The notes beneath the pieces are model-generated. The model had not been told where the DNA came from. It worked only from the letters and a program-made list of their open reading frames with translations, and did not search any database. Both the position numbers and the translations under genes were made by a program. Source: the human T2T-CHM13v2.0 reference genome, Homo sapiens. From it: a stretch of DNA of 64,000 bases. This document shows, in pieces, positions 17,481 through 32,194 of the stretch (position 1 is the stretch's first letter; each line of letters starts with the position of its first letter). The stretch is taken from assembly GCF_009914755.1 (NCBI RefSeq), contig NC_060927.1; one strand, given 5' to 3'.

Positions 17481-19744
17481 TAAGGTTGTGAAGTAAGTTG
17501 TTCAAATAAACACTACAATTAAACTCCCATTCTTACCCTCTCTCACCAGTATATTAATATTAGATGTCGGCAGGTCCGTGGAAAAAGATACATTGCTTCT
17601 TTTTTCACCTCATAATTATATAGTTTTCTTGCTTATATATAAGTAGAAGGGCAAATGACAACTCAAAGAATAAAATACACCATTCTTTCTAGTCTTTCTC
17701 ATACTTTTTTTACACTAATAACAAATGTTTATATAGCAAGCATTGTCTTTACTTATTGATAAGTAGTTTTACTTTCTCTATTTTAATACAGAAAATTAAT
17801 AGAGAATTAATAGAGAAAATCTTCAGATTCTTTGCACTTATGAGTGTGTATATATGTGTATTTATATAAGAATACAATTCAATTTAAATTACTGATTATA
17901 ATTTGAAAAAACTTCAGTGTTTTTGAATTTCTCTGATGTTGCTGACGATTTGTAAAAAAAATTATTTATAGCCTATGATAAGATGTTACTTTTGAAGTAT
18001 GGTGTCTTCCTGCTTTCCACACACTTATAAAAAAGCTGTTAAAACCAAACCATGTTAGTTATAAATATTTATAAAGCAAAATCCTATCATGAGTTTAAAA
18101 CCACATGTCAGTTTTTCACTACTCTGTAACAGTGATTAATATGAACTAAGTGGAAGCTGCCATTTTACTGATTCTTCAATTTAATTATTTATGATTAGAA
18201 GTGAACAGAGATCGAGATGTGCTCTTGAAAGTAATTCCTCTCATAGGATACTCATGTCTTTGACTTAGATATTTTTAGTTCACTTCCAGTATGCCTAATG
18301 CTTTCTTCACTATTTTTCTTCAGACTGTGAAATTATTTTTAAAATAGCTCTTCTTCAAAAGAACTAGCAACAACCAACAGTATTCACTATTATTCATCCA
18401 AAATGTTAGAGTCATGCAATAACAAAGGCAAATACGGGGTACCTATTTGTAAATCAACAGGCGGTTTTCCTCATACTTAGAAATCAGTTGGGAATTTAGG
18501 GGGAAAGAGGCAACATCAAATTAGACTGCAAGATTGGCAGCAAGAAATGGGTCCTACTTTCCGTGCTCTTTCTTCAATTCTTTCAGAAGTGCCCTTGCTT
18601 TTGAAAAGAAGGAAACTGAATTAAACCCTCAGGCTGTTTCTTAAATTAATGGAGAAATTCCCCCCTCCTATTTCTTCTACCATTTTGAACTTTCCTTAGA
18701 GGCCCACTCTGAGGGATGCCCTGATTCAGTGGAACTAAACTGAATTTAAAAGGCATAGTTATCTAAGCTCTCTTTCTAGCATGAAAATTAATTAGCAGTG
18801 CCCTGATGTAGCAAAAACAGGGATCTTGTTTTAGCAGTATTTGGGAAAATTGCAGTCATTTACCATGATTGACCTCTGCTCAGTGTTTCAATTAGCAATT
18901 GCCTGCTCTCTTTTATTGATAATTCCTCAATTTTCCTCACTTTGCTCATTGTTTAATAGTGAATTCTCATTGATGGGATATCCTTTTATTAAAGAGTTTT
19001 CCCCCAAGTCTTGACCCTATGACAATACCTCTTTAGGACCACAGTTTATTGTGTACTATTTATGTTAAAGCTGAAAAAAATGCTGAGTTGTCCTTTCTTG
19101 AGGTTGAGGCTGGATAAACTCTGTGGACTCTGATTGTGGATCTCTTATCAGAGTGCCTCCTAATCCCTACCTAATGCTTTGGTACTGTTTTAGATCCCAG
19201 AATCTTAGAGTAATCACAGAGTGGGTAAGAGGTGATGTTAATATGAGAATAAGATTCAGTTTTTCCATCAGATACACAGAATGTATGTACAGAGTCAAAA
19301 ATTAATTTCCATTATAGAAAAATGAAGATTATGTTATTTCTTAACATCTGATTTTGTGGTCTGGGCTTCATTCCTGCAATAAACCTGACAAGTTAAAGTG
19401 AGTCTTTTATAGTTTAGTGCTTTTCTTCATCTACACTTCAGCAATATTAACTATTTAATTAAACGAATGCAGCTTCCAAAAAGACCACACAAAACAAAAC
19501 ACTAATTACGAAGATATGAAGACTTGAAAGAAAAGGATAAATAGAGGTATATATAATAACTTTATCCTACTGTATTTGAAGAAGTGTTGCGAAAGAGTTA
19601 CTGGTCATCATTAGCTTTGTTTCATTTCTAGGTTCTAGAGAATAGAGAGTTAATTTTAAGCCAGGCTTTGATTGTAGCCAAGTCAAGTATTATAAATACA
19701 TTTCACTTTCTTTTTTGAATATACTAATAAATTGGCTTATGAAG

Positions 19745-19915
19745 GATGGAACTAAGATAAGGAGAATGAGTTTCCTAAGATGCAGACTTTAAGTGGGGGC
19801 TAACTTTCAGGGTTATGGAAATACTGACCGTGCATGCGTTTGTATTACCTTGAGAGTGTGTGTCTCCTTAAATTTTGCCTCCTAAGTTTCTCATCCTCTC
19901 ACCCTGGTCTTAGCT
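19745..19915. mobile_element. MER96-like hAT-Tip100 MITE relic
   Basis: ...TGAGAGTGTGTGTCTCCTTAAATTTTGCCTCCTAAG...CTCACCCTGGTCTTAGC resembles the MER96 end. Confidence 0.5.
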
Positions 19916-21322
19916 GTTTGACTTTTAATATTTGTATTATTGTTAAAATACCAGGTAATGTAGAAACAGACTTGCTTTTGAAATGAGGCTAATACATTAA
20001 TGTTAGCATTAGAACACATTGCTCATATAAACAAATTGCTACGTTGCTGTTCATTCTTTTACTGTTAGTATTTGTCTTTATCATGAGTTGTGGCTTTTGA
20101 TGCTATAATATTGGCTTCATTTATGTTACAACTAGTCCAGTGTAGATTTTTCAGAAAAATAAATATTTAAAGATCTGCTTTTCCTCTGACTATTTTTAAA
20201 TTGAAACCCCAGAACACTTGATCCAAAAATGTTTTAAATGCAAGCTGAGAGTTCACTTACTTGGTGCATGGTTTGTAAGTCTTACAGACTCCCTGCAATG
20301 TGAAACATCTCTAGTGCTGAACACCACTGACTTGTGCTATACAGAAGAGTTCTGTAACAGTAAACTTGTCTTAGAATGAACATATCCTGAAGACTTAATT
20401 CTACCTTAAAAAACAAAATAGGGTCATAAGACCACATTATTCTGAGATGAATAGTCATTTAAACAAAACAGAACAAAACAAAACTCTAAGGCTAAAGAAC
20501 AGAAACTCTGGTAAAGGTCAAGGCAAGGAAGCTGGCCCGAGCACTTCAGCATGAGAGTGAAATCCTCCCATCTCCAGAGTTCTCGTTAGGGCTGAGTGAG
20601 CCACGAGGCACAGTGGGCATGGTGCCTAGGGCCCACAAAACTGTTAAGTACAAACAAAACATATTTTAAGTTTATTTTAAAATCACAAGAAAAAATGAAT
20701 CTAACCCAGCTGCATATCTTTATAATAACACAGTTGTAAAATATAATTACTTAATATATATTTTTAATATAAGAAGAGGACCACAGAAGCAAACTTTCCT
20801 ATGGCCAATGAAAGTCATAATGTCGCTGTGCCCATTGTCTCTGGAAAAGATTCATAATCCTGGAAAGAAGCATTGATAGTCTAGTTTAGGTCACAAGTCC
20901 ACCTGCTTGACTCAGTGCTGCTAGAATTTGAATAGAGGAACAGATTAATAAATGGGGTAAGTGCCTGATGGCTAAAAAAAAAAAAAAAAACCAACAAAAC
21001 AACAAATGTCTATTTCATATGGGTGGCTAGGCATTATGAATTTTAATAATGGGTGTTCATTTACATTGACGTTTAAGGAATCATTGTATGAAAACTGCCA
21101 ATTCCTTTCAACATCAGTCTCCTGGTGAAAAGGTGGTGCAAATAGATATGTCAGATATGTATGCCTCATCTAGATAGTGAAAAATACTGACAGACCAGTT
21201 TTCCATCCACCAATTTGTCCTTCCATATTTAATGCCAAATGTAATTGTAATGATTTTTTAATGGTATAATGTTCCCACCTCTCCCTAAACATCTTCTCTA
21301 TGTAAGGTTAGGTTTTGTGAGA

Positions 21323-21835
21323 TGTATTAGTTTGTTAGGTAGGGCTGCTGTGGCAAAATACAACAGATTGGGTGACTTAAATATGAAAAAAATATTTTCT
21401 TACAGTTTTGGAGGCTGGAAGTTCAAGATCAAGGTGTAGGCAGGGTTTCTTTCTTCGCACTGTGTCTTCATGTGGTCTTCCCTCTGTGCATGTCTATGAC
21501 CAAAATGTCCGAATTTCCTCTTTTTATAAGGACACTAGTCATATTGGATTAGGGCCCAATCTAATGACTGCTCTCAAACTTAGTTGCCTCGTTTTTTCTT
21601 ATAATTTTTTTATTTGTACAGATGGGATCTCAGTATGTTGCCCATGCTGGTCCTGAATGCTTGGGCTCAAGCGATCTTCTCAACTTGGCCTCCCAAAGAG
21701 CTGGGATTTCAGGTGTGACCCACCACACTCAGCCTTAATTGCCTCCTTAAAGACCCTATCTCCAAGTACAGTCACATTCTGAGAGTTAGTAATTCAACAT
21801 ATGAATTTTGGGGGGATACAATTCATCTCATATCA
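21323..21835 (-). mobile_element. MLT1 (MaLR) solo LTR interrupted by a FLAM
   Basis: TGTATTAGTTT...ACAGTTTTGGAGGCTGGAAGTTCAAGATCAAGGTG...TCAACATATGAATTTTGGGGGGATACAATTCA. Confidence 0.88.
21592..21734 (-). mobile_element. FLAM / Alu left monomer
   Basis: Monomer only; TSD TTAGTTGCCTC / TTAATTGCCTC (21580-21590, 21735-21745). Confidence 0.85.
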
Positions 21836-22081
21836 TAAAGTAATAAAAATAGATTAAGCATGCAGTTCTATGTAAATATGTTTAAGTTATTATTACTACA
21901 GGTTTTATTATTTAATATAAGGCATGCCTTAATATGAACTATGCAGCTGGAACAATGGAGGGTCATGAAGATATAAACTTGTGTCACTTAAGTCCAGAGG
22001 GCATTGGGCCACTATGACATACACAGGTTGAAGAACATAAACTTTTTTGTGATAAAGCCAAGAAAAATGTTTCCTATAAAG

Positions 22082-22258
22082 CAGTATTTCTAATACTGTG
22101 AACCTTATATCACCTAGAATAGAATCACCTAGGGTGCTATTTATTGGCTTCACCTCAGTTCCACTGACACAGAACCTCTGGAGGTGGGGACTCAATCATC
22201 TGAACTTTAATAAAGCTTTCCAGGTGATGGTGGTACATAGTGAAGTTTGAGAACTGCT
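22082..22258. mobile_element. MER5-type hAT-Charlie MITE
   Basis: CAGTATTTCT...AGAATCACCTAGGG...TCCAGGTGATG...AAGTTTGAGAACTGCT. Confidence 0.7.
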
Positions 22259-22370
22259 CTGGAGTCAGGTGGTATTTTTTGTCTTTTACTTTTTAATTTA
22301 ATATATTTCAGATTCACAGAATTGGCATAATGATAGTCAGTAGACTTTATTATCATTTCTCAGTGGGCTG

Positions 22371-22418
<48 letters not shown>
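22371..22418. repeat. (TATC)12 tetranucleotide STR
   Basis: Read directly from sequence. Confidence 0.97.
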
Positions 22419-22559
22419 ATCTATCCACATCTATCATCTAAAATATACTGAATGTCATTGAACTAACCAACCAAAGAACTAATATAATACATTGATCATA
22501 ACTGATATTTACTAATATGTTTTATTATAACTTATATTTACTAATATGTTCTCCCCATG

Positions 22560-24200
22560 CCATCCCCCAACCCCCCTCTATAATGACCACTATCTGAATT
22601 TGTGCGTATTTTTCTCTATCTCAAAAAAGTACATATATATAAAAATCTACATAATACATTTCTGTATATACATATATATATAGACACATGTGTCTATATC
22701 TCCACATCTGTCTATCTATAGTTTTAACTGTTTTGAACTTTTAAAAAAGGGTAGTAGGTTGTTCATAGTCTTCTAATATTGTGTTCACCTCCTCCTCCCC
22801 ACTGACAGCATTGTACATTAAATTTCATCTAAGTTATTCCAAGTAGCTTTATAATTTGTCTGTTTTCACTGTTGCAGGTATATATGTTCATTGACACTAT
22901 TACAGAATTTTCATTTTTTGAGACGTGGTCTTGCTGTGTTGCCCAGGCTGGTCTTGAACTCCTGGGCTCAAGCAATCCTCCTGCCTTGGCCTCACAAAGT
23001 GCTGGGATTACAGGCATGTGCCACCACACCTGGGTTGCACTATTATAGAATTATAGTGCATGGATATATCACATTTAATTATTCATCTCCGTTTCAGTTG
23101 GGTTAATTTCTCATATTTCCCTATTATAAATAACCTTGCTAGTAATATTCATGTATATGCGTCCAAGTTCACAAATGTGAGGCATATCGTTGGATAATGC
23201 CTAGCAGTATAAATGTTGAATAGTTTGATATGAGAATAACTTTAAATGATATTGCCAAATTATTTTTCAGAGTCATTTTAACTTTATGTTCTGATCAATG
23301 ACACTAAAACTATCTTCTCTAGCACATGATGTGATCAGGGCTCTTAAATTTTGTCAGTGGGTGGATATAAAATGGTATCTTGTGGTCTTGATTCGCATTT
23401 CCTTAACCACAAAGAGGTTGAGCCCGTCTTCATATTCTTACTGGTAATTATGTGTTTCCTCTTCTCTGTAATACCTGTTTGTGTCTTTTGCCCATTTTTC
23501 TGTTTGTGTCTGTTTTGCCTATTAAGTTGTTTATCCTTTCCTTTTTATTTTTTAGAAGTGATTCTTTGCTTTAATATATCCTTGGTCCTTTTCTCCTAAC
23601 AGTTTTTACTTTGTTTTCCCTTACCTTATGTGCCTTTTGAAAAATCAAAATTCTTCATTTTAATAGAGTCGGTTTTATCAATCATGTCTTCTAGCTAGCA
23701 TTTTTTTTGTCTTGTTTTAGGAAATGATCTTTATCCCAAGGTCAGAAAAGTATTAATCTATATTTTTGACTAAATGTTTAAAGCGTTGTTTTTGATATTT
23801 ATGTTTGTAATCTATCTGAGTTTGCTGGAGTGAAAGGCATTAGGTAAGGATCTAGTTTCCTACAATTTTTTTACCTATAGATGGTCGTTTTTCTTTGGTT
23901 TTATTAATTGATTTTTTTTTTCATTTTGAACTGATCTTGCATACCACTCTTGTCATATATCAAGTTTTCATATATGCATATCCGTCTAAACTCTTTATTA
24001 CGTTTAATCTGTTAATTTATAAAACTCCAATACAATGCTACTCCTATCATATTTATTATAGCCTCATAATAAGTCCTGCTACCTGGTAGGGTAAATCCTC
24101 ACTCTTTATTCTTTTACTGCAAAAATATCTTGGTTATTCTTGGCCGTTTAATCTTCCATATAAATTTTAAAACCAGACTGTCAGGTTTTATTAAAAAAAA
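22560..24200 (-). mobile_element. Very old LINE-1 (L1M/L1ME-type) relic
   Basis: T-rich, patches such as ATGGTATCTTGTGGTCTTGATTCGCATTTCC, TCTTTTGCCCATTTTTCT, TCTTCCATATAAATTTTAAAA. Confidence 0.65.
22912..23034 (-). mobile_element. FLAM / Alu left monomer
   Basis: Monomer; TSD-like CACTATTACAGAATT / CACTATTATAGAATT. Confidence 0.88.
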
Positions 24201-26025
24201 CCTTATCTGTATCGAGTGACTTAAAAAAAATTCATTTACTCTGTGGACTCACCAGAATGACAGAGAAAAGGAAACAGAACTATTAGTCTGGCCTTGAAAG
24301 CTATTATATCAGAATCACTTAATGTTTACATATATTTAATTAAAAATATATGTTTAAATAGTATTTAATTTGGGATTTAAAATTTTATGTTTGCTTAGGG
24401 CATTGAAGAAAAGGATTGTAATCTAAAGTTTGTGTTTTTTTCATATCATCATGGTTTGCATATTGGGAGGATTTAGAGTGATGTTATTTCAGCTTCACTT
24501 TTACAGTTAGTTGCAATGTACTATTTGGTTTCTTCATGCCTTTTTATTTTATAGATATTCAAGCAGAAATTACTATGCTTTTCATTATAAGGTGGTTTAT
24601 TTACTACTAATTAAAAATAAATGAACCCTCTTTCACAAATTTTAAAATTTTGTTATTGGGATAAATACAAATTGATTTAATATTCCTCTTGATAATAATA
24701 AAATGGCACACATCACCCCATCCTTATCCCTGTAAGAAAAATAACTTTCAAACATAATGTGTAACCTGGATAAGCACACATAATATGGCAATTACAATAT
24801 GACTCCATTCTCCCCTTACCTCATATATTCACTGATAGTAAGTTAGGTAGCATATAAATCTGCAGCAGCAATTTACAGAATAGAAACCTGGTGATCAAAA
24901 GGAGTTTGTGTGGTTTCTTAAAGTATGTTATTTATTCATGACACATAGCTTAGAAAGTGATAGAATTTAGCATAGTGCATATGTCTGCTACTTCATTGTA
25001 TTTGTGTTAGCAAAAAGTTTTTTTTATTTTATTTTTTCCCCTAGTTCAAATTTGCTCAAGGACATAGAATGTGAGGACGTTTAGTATTCAGGTGCAGTGT
25101 ACTCTGTTCTGTTAATTCCTTTTATGTGGAGAAGCTGGAATGTGAAAAGGTTGTAAAACAAGGAAACAAACTCAAATGGTTATTTCTTCTTTTAGTCTAA
25201 GTCCATTATAATACAGTGCCAATAAACATGGTGGCTAAGATATATGAGTGTGAACCACCCTATTTGTGTCTGAAATTCACTAAGACCGTGATTCTAATTT
25301 ACGTTAGATGAAAAGGTATTTACAAAGCACAAAACAAAAGATATAATTGAATAAATGTGCAATTTCTATTCTTCTGTTCTAACCACATTCTTTGCAGTGA
25401 GCTTTGCTTGGGTTTAAGCTTTTACCTTGAACTGAAATCAGAAGAAATTGAATTCTAAGGCTTGAGAACTCCTCACTGAAAAATCAGTAAACTGAAGGGA
25501 GGGAGAAAGGCAAACTTCATAATTGAGAAAAATTAAAATCTTCTCTGTAAGTGAGGTTATATATACAAGATTAGACCACACAGAAACAACAACTGAAATG
25601 AAAGTGTGAGTCAATGGCACACAAGACATACTGCAGGACAAATTATGTTTCCAATACAGATGAAATCAATTTCATGCACAATTTATTAGTGCTGTCACGG
25701 ATGGTCTGTCCTAAGACAGGATCTAGGTGAATTGAGTTATTTACCTACAACAGTAGCAAGTGGTCTTTTAGAGAAATGTTTTTTTGAACTTCTTCGCTCC
25801 CTAGGGTGCTTGTTAAAAAAAAAAATACAGATTGCTTTGCCTTACTTCAGATCTACTGATTCAGAATTTACTCTGCAGGAACTTGGAAATCTGTATTCAT
25901 TATCAGTTAATTTATGAAAACACTGCCTTAGAGGAAGGTCATGTATGAACCAGGAGAACCCTAGTCAAGTGTGTTTGTGTGTTTGTGTGTGTATGTTGGG
26001 ATGGGGGGTTACTTTACAGAAAGTA

Positions 26026-26353
<328 letters not shown>

Positions 26354-26477
26354 TAAAAATGCACCAGCCTGAATAGAAAGATCTAGTTAATATTCAGTTG
26401 ATTTCATTATTTTCCTATTAGGTATAATTATGACTTCGACCTTTGTTTTTTATTTTATTTTATTTTATTTTTGTCAG

Positions 26478-26579
26478 GAAAACGCCTATTTTGGAGTGAA
26501 ACCAGGGCCGCCTTATGAGCTAAACAGAGTGTGTTACAGCTTCAATAGACTAAACAAGCTCTAAATTTATCTTCCTATG
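26478..26579 (+). other. Candidate spliced exon (102 nt, non-coding)
   Basis: Long T-rich tract + TGTCAG| acceptor; ATG|GTAAGT donor; stops in all three frames. Confidence 0.4.
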
Positions 26580-28496
26580 GTAAGTAGAAAATGATAATTT
26601 AAAAATGTGCTTTTTATTTATCTCCATTAAGCCAACATGAAGAAAATTTAACATCTGATTTTTTTGTTAGTACATAGAATAGAAAGTTGTTTAAAGCAAC
26701 AACAAAAGCCAACCAGACAATTTTGGATCAATAAATTTAGAATGTGTTCTTACAGCTAAAACTTTATAAAGAGAATTTCAACTTAGATATTCAAGAATGA
26801 CTCCAACATATTTTCCTTTGAAATTAGAGCATTTTGCATATGTAGCTTGCCAGGGAACTTTTGGTTTCTAAAAGAAGTGGTTTCTTTTTACAGCAAGATA
26901 CCCATTTTTCTAGTAGGAAGACAGGTTCAAAGAGATTCAGGAACTTGCTTGGAGGTGCACATCAGTCACTGGAAAAGTCAGAAATCAGTGAAGAATTCCT
27001 TACTGACCACCCAGCCTCTTGTGGAAATGTGTTTGTTGCCCGTGCACTTTCTGAGACAACTTAGCCCTCGAGAATTCCACATTTCTTGTTTTGTTGTCCA
27101 GAGTAGCCTTCCTTTCAGCATTGCAAGTGTCAAAATTGTTTCTGTCGATGATTAGGCAAAATAAATGCTTTTTCCTTTACGATTTAATCTTCGTGGAGCC
27201 TTTTCACAGGAGCCAATGTGGGGGCAGATGCTCCATAGCGCAAGCCTCATCTTTTCCTCCTCCTGTGACCACCCGCTTCCTGCCTCAGCAGTTAGATCCA
27301 CCTCACAGTCCAGCTGCTTCCTCAGTTCCAGGCCCCATGGCTCCCTCAGTTATGGCACAAGTGCTGTGTGAGCAGTGACCCTGGTGGCCTCCCTGTCATC
27401 GTCCAGCTGCCTTTAGCCTGAGCACTGACTTTAACAGATTCCCCTCACATGTCCACTGTCAGCCTCATGCCAGACTTCACAACTTCCCTCGTCCATTTTG
27501 TTACCCTCCTGCTTCCTCTGTGAGGAACTTTGGAGATTCACAGCCCCGTCTGTCCACCAATGCCTCAGAGATGAGCTGTGTAGGAGGTAGGGCTGCCCAC
27601 CTCCTTGGAGCTGCCCACTCTCATCTCTGAGGAGAAAGTGAAGTTTAGAATGCTTCTCCAAGATACAGTTGACAATGTTGCTCAACTACGCTTCAAATTA
27701 ATTTGAATTTTATGAAAATAAGCATAAAAAATATGACTACATCATACTGAAGTCTGATGCAAAGTTTCTCTCTCAGCAAGCTTAAAAGCCAAGCATCATC
27801 AGAGATAGGTAGCATAATTACAGTAGAAAAGATGCCAACATATGAATGAAAATATGCCAGGGTACTGGATCCCTAATTTTTTCTTGACATTATCAGTGTT
27901 TCTAGCCTCCAGAAGTCTCTTTGCTCACCTGGGTCTTAAATACCTTATTAATAAAATGTAAATTGCAAAATTTAACCTGCCTGAGGACCAGGACTTTAGT
28001 CAGGTATAATTTTAAATTAAATACATTTCATCATAAAAATAATACTAAAAATTTAACATTTAACAAAATTTGACCTTTAAACTTTGTTTAAAAGTTAACA
28101 TTTTATGTTTTTTAGTAACATAGGAACAACAATATTTTGAAAAAATATAAAACAAGAAGCAAATCTCTTAATAAGACTGCTGGCATTTTTAAGGATTTCT
28201 TTTTGTGGGTACACAGGCATATATTTCTTCTTTCTCTTTCCTTCTCTTTACCTCTCTCACACACAAAATTGTGTATTTTTAATTCTTCACTTTTTTTACT
28301 CAAATTACATGATAATATATATTATAATATAAATTAAATTTTATTATAAGAATAGTTTTTTGTTTTTATATTAGTTTTAAATGTTTATATTATACCCTAT
28401 AATTCTCTCATCTTTTGACTCACACTTTTTTGCAAATAAAATTTTAATGATAGACATTTATTAAATGTTTCTTATGTCAAAATTATTTTCCATATA

Positions 28497-28593
28497 CAGA
28501 TGCTTCTCAACTTACAATGGGTTTATGTCCCAATAAATCCATCCTAAAGTAGGAAAATTGTAAGTTGAACCATGGTAAGTCGGGAACGGTGTT
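28497..28593. mobile_element. MER47-type (Tigger5-derived) MITE, ~97 bp
   Basis: TA-CAGATGCTTCTCAACTTACAATGGG...AACCATGGTAAGTCGGGAACGG. Confidence 0.75.
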
Positions 28594-30999
28594 GTGGTAT
28601 TTTATTTGGTGAACATTTAAATTGCTTAAATCTTGTTTTATTTCCAAAAGTTTTAAAATAAAATAGCTTTCAAACAATATAAAATAACAAGATGAAAATA
28701 TCGCCTGACAATATCAAAGTAATGAAAAATAAGCAGAGAAAAAATAAACTGAAACAAGAATTATGAAATACATGCTGTTAAGTTTTATGCATTCATTAGA
28801 GATGTGCATCAAATTACATTTTGGATTTTTAACAGCCAAATTGAGGAGAAGGGGTGTTGGCTAGCATAAAGGTATAATTATTTACATATCCTAGTGATAT
28901 AAAATAAAATCAACCCCATTTCCTGAAAATGCAGCTTTTCTTGATATAGAGATCTCAGGCAATAGAGTTGTTAGATTATATACTTTTATTATAATCTTTA
29001 AATTTAAAGAATATGCACATATTTATAATTCTTGATACATATTACCAATTTTTTTCCCCAAAACCAGCATGGGCATTTTCACATAAACTTTTCAGTGCAA
29101 TAAGTGGTAATAGCTCCTTTTTTATTAATTTCTTTAATTAATCCCATTTCTTTGTTGGTAGCAAGACTCAACATTTTTTTCGTTGTGTTTGCGTCTTGTT
29201 GTATTTGCTGGCTTATGAGTTGCCCAATCCCTTCTGTCTGTAAGATTTTTCATAAAGGATCTTACAAAGGGAAAGTTTGGCCCGTGGTGTTCTGGCATAG
29301 TCTATACAGGTAAATATTTCGAAGTTGGTTAAGGTCCAGCTTTTCCACAACTGAGGCATTTATGTCTAATTGCAATATTCTTGATTATGGCAGAATCTAG
29401 TCCTCTTTTGTATGTACGTTTTTAACAGAAACATCACTCAGAGTTACCGTGCCTTTTGATTTTAATATATGTAAAGTTGCAAAGAAAGAGAGCAGCAGAT
29501 AACAGGGTGACAGTGCATTTTGTGATTTTGTTTGTATCGGCCAGACTGGCCTACTGTAAGCTTGAAATCTAGAATTACCTTGCACTTTAGATTCAAAATT
29601 TTTATAATTATATTTTCAATTACAGAGATAGAAGTTTTCATTCATTCTGTGACAGTCTATCTTTGCTGTAGCCCACTAGGAATAAACTATTATCGAATTC
29701 TCTTGATACTTTTTCCTCTTGCCAAACATTTCAGGAACAATATTAAATCTGTGGTTTAAGGACTCATTATACTAACACATTATTCTTATCACCTGCTTCT
29801 CTGTGTTGTGCTGATTCCAAAATAATTTAAATCATCTGCTAAAAAGGGTGTTTTTTTAAGTTTTTATGTTGTATGTAATAAGCATTAGTTATGCTAACAT
29901 TATTTTAAAAACAAACCAGCATGTTTTGAAGCACTGCTTTTAATCAGATAACTCTGTAAGCATGTGGCCTACATAACCTAGAGTCTTCTCTTAGTACACA
30001 TTTTTGAATGTTTTGAAGAAATGCTGGGTGCGGTTCCATCAGAAAGGCAACCTGTTCATATTCCATCACACTGACTGCATCTGCTCCAGCCACATGCTGT
30101 GTGAACTTGGACTGCTGGAGTCAGGGGAAAATCACTACTGCCACATGATGCTTTCCCCGGAAACACATGTTTTTAAAAATTTTGCAAGGGTGAAATAGAA
30201 GATGGTAGTGGTATAAAAAAAAGCAAGCACATGAATCTACCTGCAGTCTAGGTCTTAGAAGACTAGTGCCTAATTTTTTGCTACAGAGTTTGATGGATAT
30301 GAAGAATGTTGAAAAGCCTGGGGGATAGAACAAAACAACAAAGAAAAGAATTTGAATTCTTTAGTCTGAAGAGAAGGTTGGAAGGTTAAAGACTATCTTA
30401 TTAATGGAATTCAAGTTATACAGAAGTTTTGTAATTGAGTCAAAATGAATTAACCTTTTTCAAAGGCAATTTTGATTTCTTTTCCAATGTCTTTAAATAA
30501 GAGCAAATGAGGGAATGATAGAAGAGGAGGGGATGATGGAATATCTTTGAGCATAGGCAATTTTCCCTGGGATTTCCTTTTTCTCACCTCATGATAGTAT
30601 ACACTCAGGACTTAACCTGAAGATTTTTTCCCAGTTCTTTCCTTTCTATCTGTCCTTTCACCATTTCTATTCAGAATGAAACATTGACCTGACAAAACTA
30701 TCCCAGGACCACCCCTGAAAGGAGATATTCTGAGACTGATACAACTGCCTTCTGATGTTAGGATGAGAAAAAAAAAAAATCAGCTTCTCAGAAGTTACCA
30801 AGCATGATTTTAATTTGGTATAAAATAGAGCAGCCATTTCTGGTAGTGATGGCTGTTACACATAAGAGTGCTGTTGGAAAATGGAGATAGATGTCTCTCT
30901 CCCTGAATCATAGGAGTTAGGTTTTCTGGTTTTAGAGATTTTTGAAAAGCAATAAATGCCCCAAATGGCTTGCCAAACTTTTCATTCCAGTTTATAGTA

Positions 31000-31363
31000 C
31001 AAGCTAAGTATTCTTTATCTGAAGTGCTTAGGATAAGAAGTGTTTCAGACTTCAGATTTTTTTTCAGAGTTTGGAATATTTCCAAATACAAGATGAGATA
31101 CCTTGGAGACGCGACCCAAATCTAAACACAAAATTCATTTGTGTTTCATGTATACTTTTTATGTATAGCCTGAAGATAGCTTTATGCAATATTTTAAGTA
31201 TGTCCCCTAAATGAATAAACTCTGTGTTATACACCAAGTTTTTACTGCAAACTATTACATGAGGTCAGTTGTAGAATTTTCCACCTGTGGCATCATGTCA
31301 GCACTCAAAAAGTTTTGAATTTTGAAACACTTCTGATTTTTTGTTTTAGGGATGCTCAACCTG
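31000..31363. mobile_element. Tigger4b (Zombi)-like DNA transposon
   Basis: Flanked by TA on both sides; ends GGGATGCTCAACCTG; internal GACCCAAATCTAAACACAAAATTCATTT. Confidence 0.85.
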
Positions 31364-32194
31364 TATCCCAACGTTATAAACATGTCCCTAAATTCTAGAC
31401 TACTTAAAGTGCTCGATTCTTTCTGGAAAATATTTGGCTTGCTGTTTTTAGTTTAAAATATAATCTGAAGTTCATTATTGTTATTAACCAAGATTATTTT
31501 TGAATGATCAAAATATGCTTTAAAATCATAGAGTTTTGTTTGTTTCATTTTAGGAAATAAATACAAGGCTAACTTTTAATTTTCTTAGTTGTCATGGAAA
31601 ATCAAAATTAACTACACCTTAAATTTGTATTGGTAGTCAATGTTAGGTGATCACTAAGTAATCTGTATTTAAAGTATACAAAATTTGAGTTTAATCATAT
31701 AATATTAAATGTTTTTCATGTTTTTTATGTCTACTCAGAAATCTATCCACTGCTTACTATTGACCCCCCAAAAACCACTGTGATGGTGGATTTTATGTGT
31801 TAACTTGACTGGGCCAGGGGATGCCCAGATAGCTTGTTATACATTATTTCTGGGTGTGTCTGTGAGGGTGTCTCCAGGAGAGATTAACTTTGAATTGGAA
31901 AACTGGTTAAAGCAAATTTTCCTCTCTGATGTGGTTGGGCATCCTCCAACCCACTAAGGACCCGAATAAAACAAAAATGAATTTTCTCTCTCTGCCTAAC
32001 TGCTGGAGTTGTAGCATTGGTCTTCTTTTCTTGAACTGGGACTTCCAGTATTGGTACTCCTGATTCTCACGCCTTTAGGCTTAGCCTACAATTTATACTA
32101 TTATCTTTCAGAGTCTCCAGATTGTAGATGACAGACCATGAAACTTCTCAGACTCCATAAACATGCAGCCAATTACTAAAATATTTTATAATTA

